A DNA stretch of 32,000 bases from NCBI GenBank assembly GCA_963815095.1, contig CAWFFH010000003.1, positions 1,109,962 to 1,141,961 on the forward strand, written 5' to 3'. Every line of letters starts with the position of its first letter. Position 1 is the first letter of the stretch. The notes under the pieces were generated by a model. It was not told the DNA's origin. It saw only the letters and a program-made list of their open reading frames with translations, and did not search any database. Of the stretch, positions 8,936-17,653 are shown in pieces. The position numbers were made by a program, and so were the translations under genes. Origin of the DNA: Candidatus Bathyarchaeota archaeon (lineage in GTDB: Archaea; Thermoproteota; Bathyarchaeia; Bathyarchaeales; Bathycorpusculaceae).

Positions 8936-9691
8936 ATGAGCATAGTTAAACGTTTCATCACTGAATCAATAAAAAGAACAGAAATAGATGAATTTTTACA
9001 AAAAAAGCTTGAACGCGCAGGATACGGTGGGGTAAACCTGTCTAAAACGCCACTCGGCACCCACGTGGTTATCTACGCTATGCGTCCCGGCTTAGTTATA
9101 GGCAGAGGCGGAGAAACCATCAAAGAACTCGCCTCAGCATTAGAGCACAACTTTAAAGTTGCTAACCCTCAAATTTCAGTTTCAGAAATCGAAGTTCCAG
9201 AATTCAATGCCCATGTCGTCGCAAACCGCGTTGCTTCAGCTCTTGAGCGAGGAGTTCACTTTAGACGTGCAGGTTTCTGGGCACTAAACCAAGTAATGGA
9301 AGCAGGCGCACTTGGCGCAGAAATAGTGATCAGTGGAAAACTCACCACCGAACGAGCACGCTTCGAAAAATTCAAAGCAGGTCACTTTCCAATAGTCGGT
9401 GAACCAGCACTTAAAGCCATGAAAACGGCCGAAGCCCACGTTCTTCTAAAACCAGGCATAATCGGTGTCCGCGTCAAAATCATGCCGCCAGACGCATACT
9501 TCCCAGATAAAGTAACAATTATTGAGCCAGCCAAAGAAGAAGAAAATGTAGCTTCTCCACAAACACAAGCTCCCCCTACACCGGTGACTACACCAGTTGA
9601 GCCAAAAGCTGAAGTAGAGGCAGAACCCGAACCAGAAGTGCAAGCAAAAGAAGTTGTTGACGAACCAAAACCTGAGGAGACAAAAGAATAA
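8936..9691 (+). CDS. rps3: 30S ribosomal protein uS3 with Pro/Glu/Lys-rich C-terminal tail
   Basis: KH-domain motif VIGRGGETIKEL and conserved operon position. The last ~50 aa are low complexity (PTPVTTPVEPKAEVEAEPEPE...). Confidence 0.94.
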   Translation: MSIVKRFITESIKRTEIDEFLQKKLERAGYGGVNLSKTPLGTHVVIYAMRPGLVIGRGGETIKELASALEHNFKVANPQISVSEIEVPEFNAHVVANRVASALERGVHFRRAGFWALNQVMEAGALGAEIVISGKLTTERARFEKFKAGHFPIVGEPALKAMKTAEAHVLLKPGIIGVRVKIMPPDAYFPDKVTIIEPAKEEENVASPQTQAPPTPVTTPVEPKAEVEAEPEPEVQAKEVVDEPKPEETKE

Positions 9692-9981
9692 TGCGAGTAA
9701 AGGACATCAATGCCCTATCAACTGATGATAGAGCGACAAAACTTGCTGATTTACGCATAGAATTAGCTCGTATGAGAACTATGGTTAATGCAGGTGGCGC
9801 TGTTGAGAACCCAACACGTATACGGGAACTGCGCAGAACCATCGCCCAAATATTAACTATTCAAAACGAGAAAAAATTGGGAATCAGGCAGGCTGTTGAA
9901 GAGACAAAACAAGAAAAGAAAGTCCCAAAAACCGCCAAAGTTCCAAAAGCTAAGAAAGAATCTAAGGAGACCGTTTCCTAA
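9691..9981 (+). CDS. rpl29: 50S ribosomal protein uL29 with Lys-rich tail
   Basis: 96 aa. LRIELARMR...NPTRIRELRRTIAQILT matches L29. The start overlaps the S3 stop (TAATG). Confidence 0.92.
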   Translation: MRVKDINALSTDDRATKLADLRIELARMRTMVNAGGAVENPTRIRELRRTIAQILTIQNEKKLGIRQAVEETKQEKKVPKTAKVPKAKKESKETVS

Positions 9982-10262
9982 TGAAAGTAACTCCTGATAT
10001 TATCCGTTACGAGTTTATCGGTGCTCAAGCAAGAATCGCTCAGAGTGTTCATGCAGGTTACCTTGGTTTAGCTGGTCCAGTAATTGCAGAAACTAAAAAC
10101 ACATTGACTCTGATTCATCAAGGTCAACCTAAAAATGTCATAAAAGACTTGGCAACCTTTGACTTCAAATTTGGCGATGGTACAACTGTAGAAATTGACG
10201 GTAACCTATTAGTTGGCAGGTCTGAAGACAGGCTAAAGAAAGGTGTAAAGAGGTTATGGTAA
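9981..10262 (+). CDS. rnp1: RNase P protein component 1 (Rpp29/Pop4 homologue)
   Basis: 93 aa in the conserved archaeal slot between L29 and S17. Motifs: GLAGPVIAETKNTLTLI and DGNLLVGRSEDRLKK. Confidence 0.85.
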   Translation: MKVTPDIIRYEFIGAQARIAQSVHAGYLGLAGPVIAETKNTLTLIHQGQPKNVIKDLATFDFKFGDGTTVEIDGNLLVGRSEDRLKKGVKRLW

Positions 10263-10263
10263 T

Positions 10264-10584
10264 ATGTCGATGAATTTTAAGCAACCAAAAAAGACATGTG
10301 ACGACCGAAATTGTCCATTCCACGGTGAGTTAGCTGTGCGAGGACGTGTCCTGGAAGGTGTCGTTCACACTGCAAAGATGGATAAAACTGTTATTGTTGA
10401 CCGAGAATTTACTCAATTCTCCTCAAAATTTGTTCGCTATGAACGCAGACACGGCCATATTGCTTCCCACAATCCACCATGCATTGACGTTAAGGAAGGC
10501 GACCGCGTAAAAATCGCAGAGTGCCGACCAGTCAGTAAGACAGTATCATTTGTGGTTGTAGAAAAATTAGGAGAGGAACGATAA
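10264..10584 (+). CDS. rps17: 30S ribosomal protein uS17
   Basis: CDDRNCPFHGELAVRGRVLEGVV...DVKEGDRVKIAECRPVSKT is typical archaeal S17. Confidence 0.94.
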   Translation: MSMNFKQPKKTCDDRNCPFHGELAVRGRVLEGVVHTAKMDKTVIVDREFTQFSSKFVRYERRHGHIASHNPPCIDVKEGDRVKIAECRPVSKTVSFVVVEKLGEER

Positions 10585-10585
10585 T

Positions 10586-11029
10586 ATGTGTGCGGCGAAG
10601 GCAAAGCAGAGAGCCTTAACAGCAAAAGGTATGCTTTCTCACGGCCAGAAAATTAGTCGTGGACTCTTAGCAGGCTCCGAATTAAGGTGTACCGATAACA
10701 CAGGTGCACGGGTTTTGCGTTTGATCCAAGCAATGGGTTATAAAGGTAGACTAAGACGTTACCCATCAGCCACTGTTGGCGACAAAGTAACTGTTTCCGT
10801 ACGTCAAGGCTCACCCGACATGCGCAAAAAAATATTCCAAGCCGTTATTGTCCGCCAAAGGAAATGTTTCCGACGTGTTGACGGGGTTTGGATTCAATTT
10901 GAAGATAACGCCGCAGTAATAATCACACCTGACGGCGAAATGAAGGGTTCTGAAATTCGTGGCCCAGTAGCAAGAGAGGCAGCTGAAAGATGGCCAAGAA
11001 TCGCAAGTGCCTCCAGCATAATTGTGTAG
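10586..11029 (+). CDS. rpl14: 50S ribosomal protein uL14
   Basis: CTDNTGAR...VVRQRK...FEDNAAVII...GPVAREAAERWPRIASASSIIV. The ATG at 10586 follows AGGAGAGG. The internal ATG at 10631 would give a 132-aa protein, the length typical of archaeal L14, so the start is ambiguous. Confidence 0.9.
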   Translation: MCAAKAKQRALTAKGMLSHGQKISRGLLAGSELRCTDNTGARVLRLIQAMGYKGRLRRYPSATVGDKVTVSVRQGSPDMRKKIFQAVIVRQRKCFRRVDGVWIQFEDNAAVIITPDGEMKGSEIRGPVAREAAERWPRIASASSIIV

Positions 11030-11039
11030 GTGTAGAATA

Positions 11040-11693
11040 ATGCAAAATACAAAACGTGTAAAGAACCCTGGTAAACAAAGAAAGATGCTCTTTAACGCTC
11101 CCGCTCACATACGACACAAATTCATGTCAGCCCCTCTATCACGTGAGTTAACTGCGTCAAGAGGCGCAAAGACTCTTCCAGTAAGAAGAGGCGATACCAT
11201 TCTCATTAAACGCGGAGATAACAAAGGATTTGAAGGCAAAGTTTCCCGGGTTGACCTGAAAGCATTCCGCATTTACATTGAAGGATTGACACGCGAAAAA
11301 GTAGACGGAACGAACATCTTCCTCCCCGTTCACCCATCCAAAGTTGAGATACGGAACCTCAACTTGGACGATAAATGGCGAAAGAATATTCTTGAAAGAA
11401 AGAAAGCGACAGAAGCTCCCATTAAACAAGAAAAAACTAAAGCTAAGCCAGCAAAGAAAGCTGAAAAGGCTCCAACTAAAACAAAAGCGGAAGTTGAAGA
11501 AGAAAAAACCGTAGATGCAGAAGTTGCAAAAGGGCCTGCATCAGAAATGACAACCAAAGAAGCACCCGCAAAGAAGCCTGTCGTCAAAAAAACAGTAACG
11601 TCTACAGCAGCAAAGAAGGCACCAGCTGCAAAAGAAACCGCGTCAAAGGCAAAGTCTAAGAAAACCTCTGAAAAAACTCAAGGAGAACAATAA
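11040..11693 (+). CDS. rpl24: 50S ribosomal protein uL24 with ~95-aa Lys/Ala-rich C-terminal extension
   Basis: KOW-type core (LPVRRGDTILIKRGDNKGFEGKVSRVD). I prefer the ATG at 11040 over the tracked TTG at 11022. The tail from about 11400 is KKATEAPIKQEKTKAKPAKKAEKAP... Confidence 0.9.
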   Translation: MQNTKRVKNPGKQRKMLFNAPAHIRHKFMSAPLSRELTASRGAKTLPVRRGDTILIKRGDNKGFEGKVSRVDLKAFRIYIEGLTREKVDGTNIFLPVHPSKVEIRNLNLDDKWRKNILERKKATEAPIKQEKTKAKPAKKAEKAPTKTKAEVEEEKTVDAEVAKGPASEMTTKEAPAKKPVVKKTVTSTAAKKAPAAKETASKAKSKKTSEKTQGEQ

Positions 11694-11696
11694 AAA

Positions 11697-12461
11697 ATGG
11701 GTAAAAAAGGAAAAACTGCAAGGCTGAAACGTAAGCCAGCTCCAGCATTCTGGCCAATTCACAGAAAAGAATTACCATGGATAGTGAAGCCATCATCAGG
11801 TTCACATTCACTGGAAAAATGTGTACCCCTAACGATGGTTCTAAGGGATATGCTGGGTGTAGCACAAACAAGAAAGGAAGGCAAAATAATTATTTCCCAA
11901 GGCAAAGTAATAGTCAACGGGAAAGTTTACAAGAAAGACGACATCCCAGTTGGATTAATGGATGTCATTGCTTTCCCTGATAGCGACAAATACTACAGGG
12001 TTATGCCATCACACAAAGGTTTGGTTTTAGCTCCAATAAATAAGGAAGAATCCAATGTATCTTTGCTTAGAGTAGAGAACAAAACCACGGTCAATAGCGG
12101 AGTACAAATTGCTGTTCACGATGGTTCAGTGATGCTGGTAAAAGTGGCTGACCCAAAAAAACCAGTTGAAGTGACATTTGAAACATTCGATATCTTGAAA
12201 GTAACTTATCCAGATAAACAAGTAGTTCAAACCTTAAAGGTAAAGGAAGGAAACTTGGCAGTAATTACCGGCGGAAAAAACATCGGCAAACTCGGTAAAA
12301 TAGTTGAAATTGAAAAAACAGAAGCAAAAAAACGTCGCCAAGCCCTAGTAGTCATCGAAGACTCAGAAGGTAAACGTTGCCAAACAATCCTTGACTTCAT
12401 CTTCTCAATAGGAGAAACTGAACCACTTATAACTCAACTGGAGGCATCAGAAGTTGTCTGA
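11697..12461 (+). CDS. rps4e: 30S ribosomal protein eS4
   Basis: MGKKGKTARLKRKPAPAFWPIHRKE... is the canonical S4e N-terminus. Conserved position between L24 and L5. Confidence 0.94.
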   Translation: MGKKGKTARLKRKPAPAFWPIHRKELPWIVKPSSGSHSLEKCVPLTMVLRDMLGVAQTRKEGKIIISQGKVIVNGKVYKKDDIPVGLMDVIAFPDSDKYYRVMPSHKGLVLAPINKEESNVSLLRVENKTTVNSGVQIAVHDGSVMLVKVADPKKPVEVTFETFDILKVTYPDKQVVQTLKVKEGNLAVITGGKNIGKLGKIVEIEKTEAKKRRQALVVIEDSEGKRCQTILDFIFSIGETEPLITQLEASEVV

Positions 12462-12993
12462 AGAAGCACTAATTAGTAAATGGGAACAACATCCAATGTT
12501 AAAGCCACGAATCGATAAAGTAGTAGTGAACCTTAACGTTGGGAAATCAGGCGAACCACTTGAAAAAGCAAACAGCGTCCTCAAGGAAATCACAGGTCAA
12601 ACACCAATAAAAAGGAGAGCCAAGAAAACAATCCGAGACTTCGGCATACGTGAAGGTGAATCAATCGCCGTTGTCGTAACCTTGCGTAAACAAAAAGCCA
12701 TAGATTTCCTCAAAAAAATATTGCCTGTAGTAGATAACAAGGTTGCAAAACGTTCCTTTGACGAACGCGGCAACTTTGCCTTTGGTCTAAAAGAACACAT
12801 TGAAATTCCAGGCGTAAAATACGACCCAGAAATTGGCATTTTTGGAATGGATGTCTGTGTCTCAGTTAATCGTCCTGGACAAAGAATCAGAATCCGCAGA
12901 AAACAAAACAAGAAAATCGGTCCAAAGCACCTGTTAACACCTGATGAATCAATTGTTTTCATAAAACAAACTTTAGGAGTCGAAATCGTCTAA
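12454..12993 (+). CDS. rpl5: 50S ribosomal protein uL5
   Basis: [18 protein letters not shown]...[27 protein letters not shown]. Apparent TTG start overlapping the S4e stop, preceded by GGAGG. Confidence 0.92.
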   Translation: MSEEALISKWEQHPMLKPRIDKVVVNLNVGKSGEPLEKANSVLKEITGQTPIKRRAKKTIRDFGIREGESIAVVVTLRKQKAIDFLKKILPVVDNKVAKRSFDERGNFAFGLKEHIEIPGVKYDPEIGIFGMDVCVSVNRPGQRIRIRRKQNKKIGPKHLLTPDESIVFIKQTLGVEIV

Positions 12994-13009
12994 AACTGAG
13001 AGTGAATGT

Positions 13010-13174
13010 ATGGGAAAAGAGCAAGTTAAGAAAGTAAGAAAATACGGCAAAGGTTCACGCCCATGTGTTAGATGTGGTTCGTATGGACCAGTCATCCGAC
13101 GTTATGATTTATATTTATGTAGGACATGCTTTAGAGAAGCTGCACCAAAATTGGGGTTCAAGAAATACGAGTAG
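13010..13174 (+). CDS. rps14: 30S ribosomal protein uS14 (zinc-binding type)
   Basis: Absent from the ORF track because it is under 60 aa. Hand translation gives 54 aa: [54 protein letters not shown], with CxxC...CxxC. It is in the conserved slot between L5 and S8. Confidence 0.9.
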   Translation: MGKEQVKKVRKYGKGSRPCVRCGSYGPVIRRYDLYLCRTCFREAAPKLGFKKYE

Positions 13175-13190
13175 GAGCTAAAGAAAAACT

Positions 13191-13574
13191 ATGGATACTT
13201 TAACAAATGGTTTGATAACCATCAAAAACAACGAAACACGCAACAAGCGCGAATGTATAATTAGCCCTGCCTCTAAACTTTTGGGACGCGTATTACGCAT
13301 TATGCAGCTTAACGGTTACATCGGAGAATTCGAGTTCATCGACGATGGACGCCAAGGAAAATTCAAAGTCCAACTGCTGGGTAGGATAAACAAATGCGGG
13401 CCAGTTAAACCACGTTTCGCCGTAAAGGTTGACGAATTTGAAGAATGGGAAAAGAAGTTCCTCCCATCAAGAGATGTTGGCATAATGGTTGTTTCAACTT
13501 CCAAAGGCGTAATAGGTCACAAAGATGCTGAAGGAAAAAACCTTGGAGGAAGGCTCTTAGCCTTCGTGTATTAA
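13191..13574 (+). CDS. rps8: 30S ribosomal protein uS8
   Basis: MDTLTNGLITIKNNE...GYIGEFEFIDDGRQGKFKV...GGRLLAFVY is typical S8. AGGAG lies upstream. Confidence 0.94.
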   Translation: MDTLTNGLITIKNNETRNKRECIISPASKLLGRVLRIMQLNGYIGEFEFIDDGRQGKFKVQLLGRINKCGPVKPRFAVKVDEFEEWEKKFLPSRDVGIMVVSTSKGVIGHKDAEGKNLGGRLLAFVY

Positions 13575-13586
13575 GGAGTGTAATTT

Positions 13587-14132
13587 ATGCGGCTTCCAGA
13601 AATATCTAAAACTGTTCAAGTTCCAAATGACGTAACCCTGAGTCTAGAAAGCAAAAAAATCAGTGTCAAAGGTGCTAAAGGTACATTAATACGCGATTTC
13701 TCGTTTGCTCCAATTTCAATAGAAGGCGAAGGCAAAAACGTCCGCATTTCAGCCAAGTGGCCGCGCAAAAAGGAAGCTGCTCTGGTAGGCACTATCTATT
13801 CGCACATAAATAACATGATAACAGGCGTAACAAAAGGCTACCAATACAAACTCAAAATAGTATTCTCGCACTTTCCCATTTCAGTAAAGCTTCAGGACAA
13901 ATCCGTCTTGATTGAAAACTTTACGGGAGAACGTAGACCTCGCAGGATAAAATTAGTCGGTAGCGTTAAAGTGAAAATTGAACCTGACGACATCATTGTT
14001 GAAGGCGCAAACTTGGAAGAAGTCAGCCAAACCGCCGCCAACATTGAACAGGCAACACGGGTTAGAAATAAAGACCCAAGAGTTTTCCTCGACGGCATAT
14101 ACGTATATGAAAGAAACGAAGGAATGGCATAA
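13587..14132 (+). CDS. rpl6: 50S ribosomal protein uL6
   Basis: 181 aa: VKGAKGTL...GVTKGYQYKLKIVFSHFPISV...DPRVFLDGIYV. AAGGAGTG lies upstream. Confidence 0.94.
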   Translation: MRLPEISKTVQVPNDVTLSLESKKISVKGAKGTLIRDFSFAPISIEGEGKNVRISAKWPRKKEAALVGTIYSHINNMITGVTKGYQYKLKIVFSHFPISVKLQDKSVLIENFTGERRPRRIKLVGSVKVKIEPDDIIVEGANLEEVSQTAANIEQATRVRNKDPRVFLDGIYVYERNEGMA

Positions 14133-14695
14133 TGACTGAAAAGAAACCTTCCCCATCACGCGAAGCACTCAAACTTAGAGCGCGCGCAAGGAACAAGAAA
14201 CCCAAATTCGTAAGAGCTGAAAGCTGGAAATACGACCGCTTCAGCATAAGCTGGAGAAAACCACGCGGCTTAGACAACAAAATACGCCGAAAAATCAAAG
14301 GGTGGCCACCAGGACCCAGTATGGGTTACAAGGGACCAAAAATCGCCCGATTCCTCCATCCATCCGGATACCGCGAAGTCATAATTTTCAATGTAGAAGG
14401 CTTATCCACTATAGATCCTAACACTCAAGCTGCACGCATCTCCCACACAGTCGGCAAACGAAAACGCGCTGGAATCATAGCAGAAGCTAAGAATCTTAAT
14501 ATTAAAATTTTGAACCTCAAAGTTTCTAAGGAAACTGAAGAAGAGACAACCGAGGAAGTCGCTGAGGGTGAAGCACCAGAGGCAGAAGCTGCAGAGAAAG
14601 AAGCCTCAAAAGAAGAGAAGAAGCCAAAGAAAGAAACCAAAAAGAAAGCACCCAAAACTAAACCTAAAGCCAAGAAGGGAGAAAAGAAACAATGA
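14132..14695 (+). CDS. rpl32e: 50S ribosomal protein eL32 with Glu/Lys-rich C-terminal tail
   Basis: KPKFVRAESWKYDRFSISWRKPRGLDNKIRRK is the L32e core. The tail from about 14522 is ETEEETTEEVAEGEAPEAEAAEKEASKEEKKPKKETKKKAPK... Confidence 0.92.
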   Translation: MTEKKPSPSREALKLRARARNKKPKFVRAESWKYDRFSISWRKPRGLDNKIRRKIKGWPPGPSMGYKGPKIARFLHPSGYREVIIFNVEGLSTIDPNTQAARISHTVGKRKRAGIIAEAKNLNIKILNLKVSKETEEETTEEVAEGEAPEAEAAEKEASKEEKKPKKETKKKAPKTKPKAKKGEKKQ

Positions 14696-15147
14696 CTGAC
14701 TTAAGCGGACAAAGACGTTTAGCTGCTCAAATCCTCAAGATTGGGCAAAACCGTGTTTGGATTAATCCTGAACGTATGGCTGATGTTGAAGGCGCAATTA
14801 CACGTGAAGAGGTTAGAAAGCTGATTCACGAGAAAATAATCGTTACATTGCCCCAACAAGGAGTAAGCAGATCCCGCGCAAAGGTTATTCGAGCCAAAAA
14901 ACTCAAGGGCAGACGTAGTGGTCCAGGAAGCCTAAAAGGCGCTAGCCACTCAAAGGTTACCAAGAAAGAAGCTTGGATGATAAAAATTCGTTCTCTACGG
15001 CGCAAGCTTAGAGATTTGAAAGCAAGAAAAGTCATAACTGACGAAACCTACACCCAATATTACAGGATGGCAGGCAGCGGCAGATTTGAGTCTATTGCTG
15101 ATTTAGAACGCAATTTGAAAGCGCATGATTTATGGAGGAAACGTTAG
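14692..15147 (+). CDS. rpl19e: 50S ribosomal protein eL19
   Basis: LSGQRRLAAQILKIGQNRVWINPE...GRRSGPGSLKGA is typical L19e. It overlaps the L32e stop by 4 nt. Confidence 0.94.
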   Translation: MTDLSGQRRLAAQILKIGQNRVWINPERMADVEGAITREEVRKLIHEKIIVTLPQQGVSRSRAKVIRAKKLKGRRSGPGSLKGASHSKVTKKEAWMIKIRSLRRKLRDLKARKVITDETYTQYYRMAGSGRFESIADLERNLKAHDLWRKR

Positions 15148-16044
15148 ATGGCAAAAAAAGCAAATTACCGAGTACAACTGCGACGTAGGCGTGAAGGAAA
15201 AACCGATTACCAAGCCCGCAAGGCACTGGTTACATCCAGAAAGCCAAGGCTTGTCACAAGGGCGTCACTCAAAAATGTTGAAGTACAAATAATAATCGCT
15301 AAGCCCCATGGTGATGAGGTTTTAGCATCAGCTAACAGCCGCGAACTCATTAAGTCTTATGGATGGAGAGCTCCCACAGGCAACATCCCCGCTGCTTACC
15401 TAACGGGTTTGCTTTGCGGTGTGAAAGCTAAAGCTGCAGGCATAAAAGAGGCAATTTTGGACATAGGCTTGGTTTCGCCAACGAAAGGCTCAAAAATCTT
15501 CGCTGTCTTAAGCGGCGTGGTTGACGCTGGAGTGCAAGTTCCTCACGGTGAAGATAAAATCGTCAAAGAACGTATGAAAGGAGAACACATAGCCAAATAT
15601 GCAAAAACCTTGGGCATCGGATCCGAAGATTACACAGCCAAATTCTCACAGTACAACGCGCAAGGTGTGGCTCCAGAAAAAATCGCTGAACACTTCACTA
15701 AAGTTAAAGCTGACATTTTGTCTGGCTCAAAGAGTGCTAAAATAGCCGTAGTAGCTGTTGCACCAAAAGCGGCCTCAAAAGAGAAAGCTACAAAAGCAGC
15801 GGTTAAAACAGCAGCACCAGCCCAAAAAGAAAAAGCACCAATTAAGGCTAAAGAAGAAAAACCAGCAGAAGTAGAACCTGTGAAAGCGAAAGCTGCACCA
15901 AAAGCGAAAGTAGCCAAAGAGAAAACGCCAAAGGAAAAAGTTACAAAAGAAAAAGCTGCCCCAAAAGAAAAAGAGGCAAAAGCACCAAAAGAAGCTGCAA
16001 CCAAAAAAAAGGCTACAGCTAAGAAAGGTGGAAAGAAAGCATGA
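15148..16044 (+). CDS. rpl18: 50S ribosomal protein uL18 with ~100-aa Lys/Ala-rich C-terminal extension
   Basis: YRVQLRRRREGKTDYQARKALV is the L18 N-terminus. The recognisable core ends near aa 190. The rest (from about 15724) is APKAASKEKATKAAVKTAAPAQKEKAPIKAKEEKPAE... Confidence 0.92.
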   Translation: MAKKANYRVQLRRRREGKTDYQARKALVTSRKPRLVTRASLKNVEVQIIIAKPHGDEVLASANSRELIKSYGWRAPTGNIPAAYLTGLLCGVKAKAAGIKEAILDIGLVSPTKGSKIFAVLSGVVDAGVQVPHGEDKIVKERMKGEHIAKYAKTLGIGSEDYTAKFSQYNAQGVAPEKIAEHFTKVKADILSGSKSAKIAVVAVAPKAASKEKATKAAVKTAAPAQKEKAPIKAKEEKPAEVEPVKAKAAPKAKVAKEKTPKEKVTKEKAAPKEKEAKAPKEAATKKKATAKKGGKKA

Positions 16045-16697
16045 GTAGTAGAAACCGAAATGAAAGAGAAAAGCGTACGACTAACTTAGAAGCTTGGATA
16101 CCAAAAACCCGGCTTGGTAAGATGATTCAGGAAGGCAAAATTACCAGCATCGAAGACGTCTTCTTATCGGGCATAAAAATCTCCGAATCTCAAATCGTCG
16201 ACTCGTTGATTCCTGACTTGCAGGAAGAAGTCATAAACGTTAACTTGGTTCAGAAGCAAACTGACGCAGGCGAAAAATCACGCTTCAAAGCCATCGTCGC
16301 AGTCGGCAACCGAGACGGCTACATTGGATTAGGCAGCGGAAAAGCTAGCCAAGTAAGAAACGCTATCGAAAAAGCCGCAGTAAATGCCCGCTTAAACATT
16401 ATCCCCGTTAAACGAGGATGCGGAAGTTGGGAATGTGGCTGCGGTAAACCACACTCAGTGCCATTCGAAGTAGAAGGTAAATGTGGCGGTGTCCGTGTAA
16501 TTATCGTTCCAGGGCCAAGAGGTTTAGGTTTAGTTTCAAGCGAAGTAGCAAAAGTTATATTAGGTTTAGCTGGTGTGAAAGACCTTTGGATGCGAAGTTT
16601 CGGTTCCACAAGAACGGTGCCCTCTTACGCATGCGCAATCTTTGACGGATTAAGGAAGACTTATAATTTGATTACCACAGTGGACTGGGTGAAGTAA
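16041..16697 (+). CDS. rps5: 30S ribosomal protein uS5
   Basis: WIPKTRLGKMIQEGKI...FKAIVAVGNRDGYIGLGSGKASQVRNAIEKA...VPGPRGLGL is typical S5. Confidence 0.94.
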   Translation: MSSRNRNEREKRTTNLEAWIPKTRLGKMIQEGKITSIEDVFLSGIKISESQIVDSLIPDLQEEVINVNLVQKQTDAGEKSRFKAIVAVGNRDGYIGLGSGKASQVRNAIEKAAVNARLNIIPVKRGCGSWECGCGKPHSVPFEVEGKCGGVRVIIVPGPRGLGLVSSEVAKVILGLAGVKDLWMRSFGSTRTVPSYACAIFDGLRKTYNLITTVDWVK

Positions 16698-16698
16698 A

Positions 16699-17187
16699 AT
16701 GGCGCAGAAAATAGAAGAATGCAAACCTCTCGTCGTAGTACGAATCCGTGGACTCGTTAGTGCTCAGCGCGAAGCCAGAGAAACCCTTGACCTACTCAAT
16801 CTAAACCACACCAATCACGCTATCATAATCGACAGCCGACCATCCTACAAAGGTATGCTTCAACGCGTAAACAGCTACGTCACCTACGGGGAACCCACAA
16901 CAGAAACCGTAACTATGATGCTACAAAAACGCGCGCTCCTTGCAGGCGACAAAAAACTAACTGAAGAATACCTTACAAAAATAGGCTACAAATCTTTCGC
17001 GGACCTCGCAGAAGCCATAGTTGCCTGCAAAGTGCAATACGGCAAACTTCCAGACATACAAGCACGTTTCCGACTGCATCCACCAAGCAAAGGCTACAAG
17101 GGCAAAACCAAAAAAGGCTTCAAAGCAGGTGGCGAAGCTGGCTACCGCGGAGAAGCAATCAACGCATTAGTCCAACGCATGGTCTAA
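16699..17187 (+). CDS. rpl30: 50S ribosomal protein uL30
   Basis: LVVVRIRGLVSAQREARETLDLLNLNHTNHAIII is typical archaeal L30. Conserved position after S5. Confidence 0.92.
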   Translation: MAQKIEECKPLVVVRIRGLVSAQREARETLDLLNLNHTNHAIIIDSRPSYKGMLQRVNSYVTYGEPTTETVTMMLQKRALLAGDKKLTEEYLTKIGYKSFADLAEAIVACKVQYGKLPDIQARFRLHPPSKGYKGKTKKGFKAGGEAGYRGEAINALVQRMV

Positions 17188-17207
17188 ACAACAAATACGC
17201 TCAATTA

Positions 17208-17222
17208 TTTTTTGTTTTGTTT
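17208..17222 (+). terminator. oligo-T archaeal-type terminator after rpl30
   Basis: TTTTTTGTTTTGTTT begins 21 nt after the L30 stop. Archaeal termination typically uses T-runs like this. Confidence 0.5.
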
Positions 17223-17645
17223 AATTCTTAATTGGTTTAAAAGTTATTTTGTTAAATTATTTCTAAAGCAGATTGTAATATAGTTCGTTATCATAATTGT
17301 TTTATCCAATAATGATTATTTAACTTTCGAGATCTTTTCTTGTTTATGCTCTAATATTTTTATAAATTTGTTAAGTTTTTGTGAAGTATTTTGTTTAGCA
17401 ATGTAATTTTTCAAATCCATGTAGTATATTTAGTTCATATAGTCTCTATCCAGAAGTTAACGAAGTGGATCATTTTGTTTATTTTTCCAGACATTAATAA
17501 ATTGAAAACCATAAATCACTGAATTGCCCATTATTTTTCACAAAATCAGCCTGCTTCCGCCGGCGTATCACCGTGCAATCGCTGTTTTCATTGATATTTT
17601 GCTTATTGTCGGTTAGGGGATTTGTCACCGTTTATGTGCGATACG

Positions 17646-17653
17646 TTTTATAA
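17646..17653 (+). promoter_or_regulatory. candidate TATA box for the hsp20-rpl15-secY unit
   Basis: TTTTATAA lies ~45 nt upstream of the hsp20 ATG. GGAGG at 17682-17686 sits between them as a Shine-Dalgarno. Confidence 0.4.

Noticed and set aside
15630-16004. 124-aa minus-strand ORF rich in Ala/Phe/Ser opposite the uL18 tail. Similar ORFs lie opposite the uL24 tail (11330-11587), the eL32 tail (14425-14673) and the uS3 tail (9446-9842).
   Set aside because: They are a mirror-image artefact of the purine-rich Lys/Ala/Glu-coding tails. Stop codons are scarce on the complementary strand of AAR/GCN/GAR repeats.
17316-17420. 34-aa minus-strand ORF (MDLKNYIAKQNTSQKLNKFIKILEHKQEKISKVK) inside the AT-rich spacer.
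   Set aside because: It is short, has no Shine-Dalgarno or promoter support, and is the kind of Lys/Asn/Ile-rich ORF expected by chance in AT-rich DNA. It is retained only as something RNA-seq or Ribo-seq could revisit.
17188-17560. The AT-rich spacer as a replication origin (DNA-unwinding element).
   Set aside because: I saw no ORB or mini-ORB-like inverted repeats flanking it and there is no adjacent cdc6/orc1 gene. AT-richness alone is insufficient.
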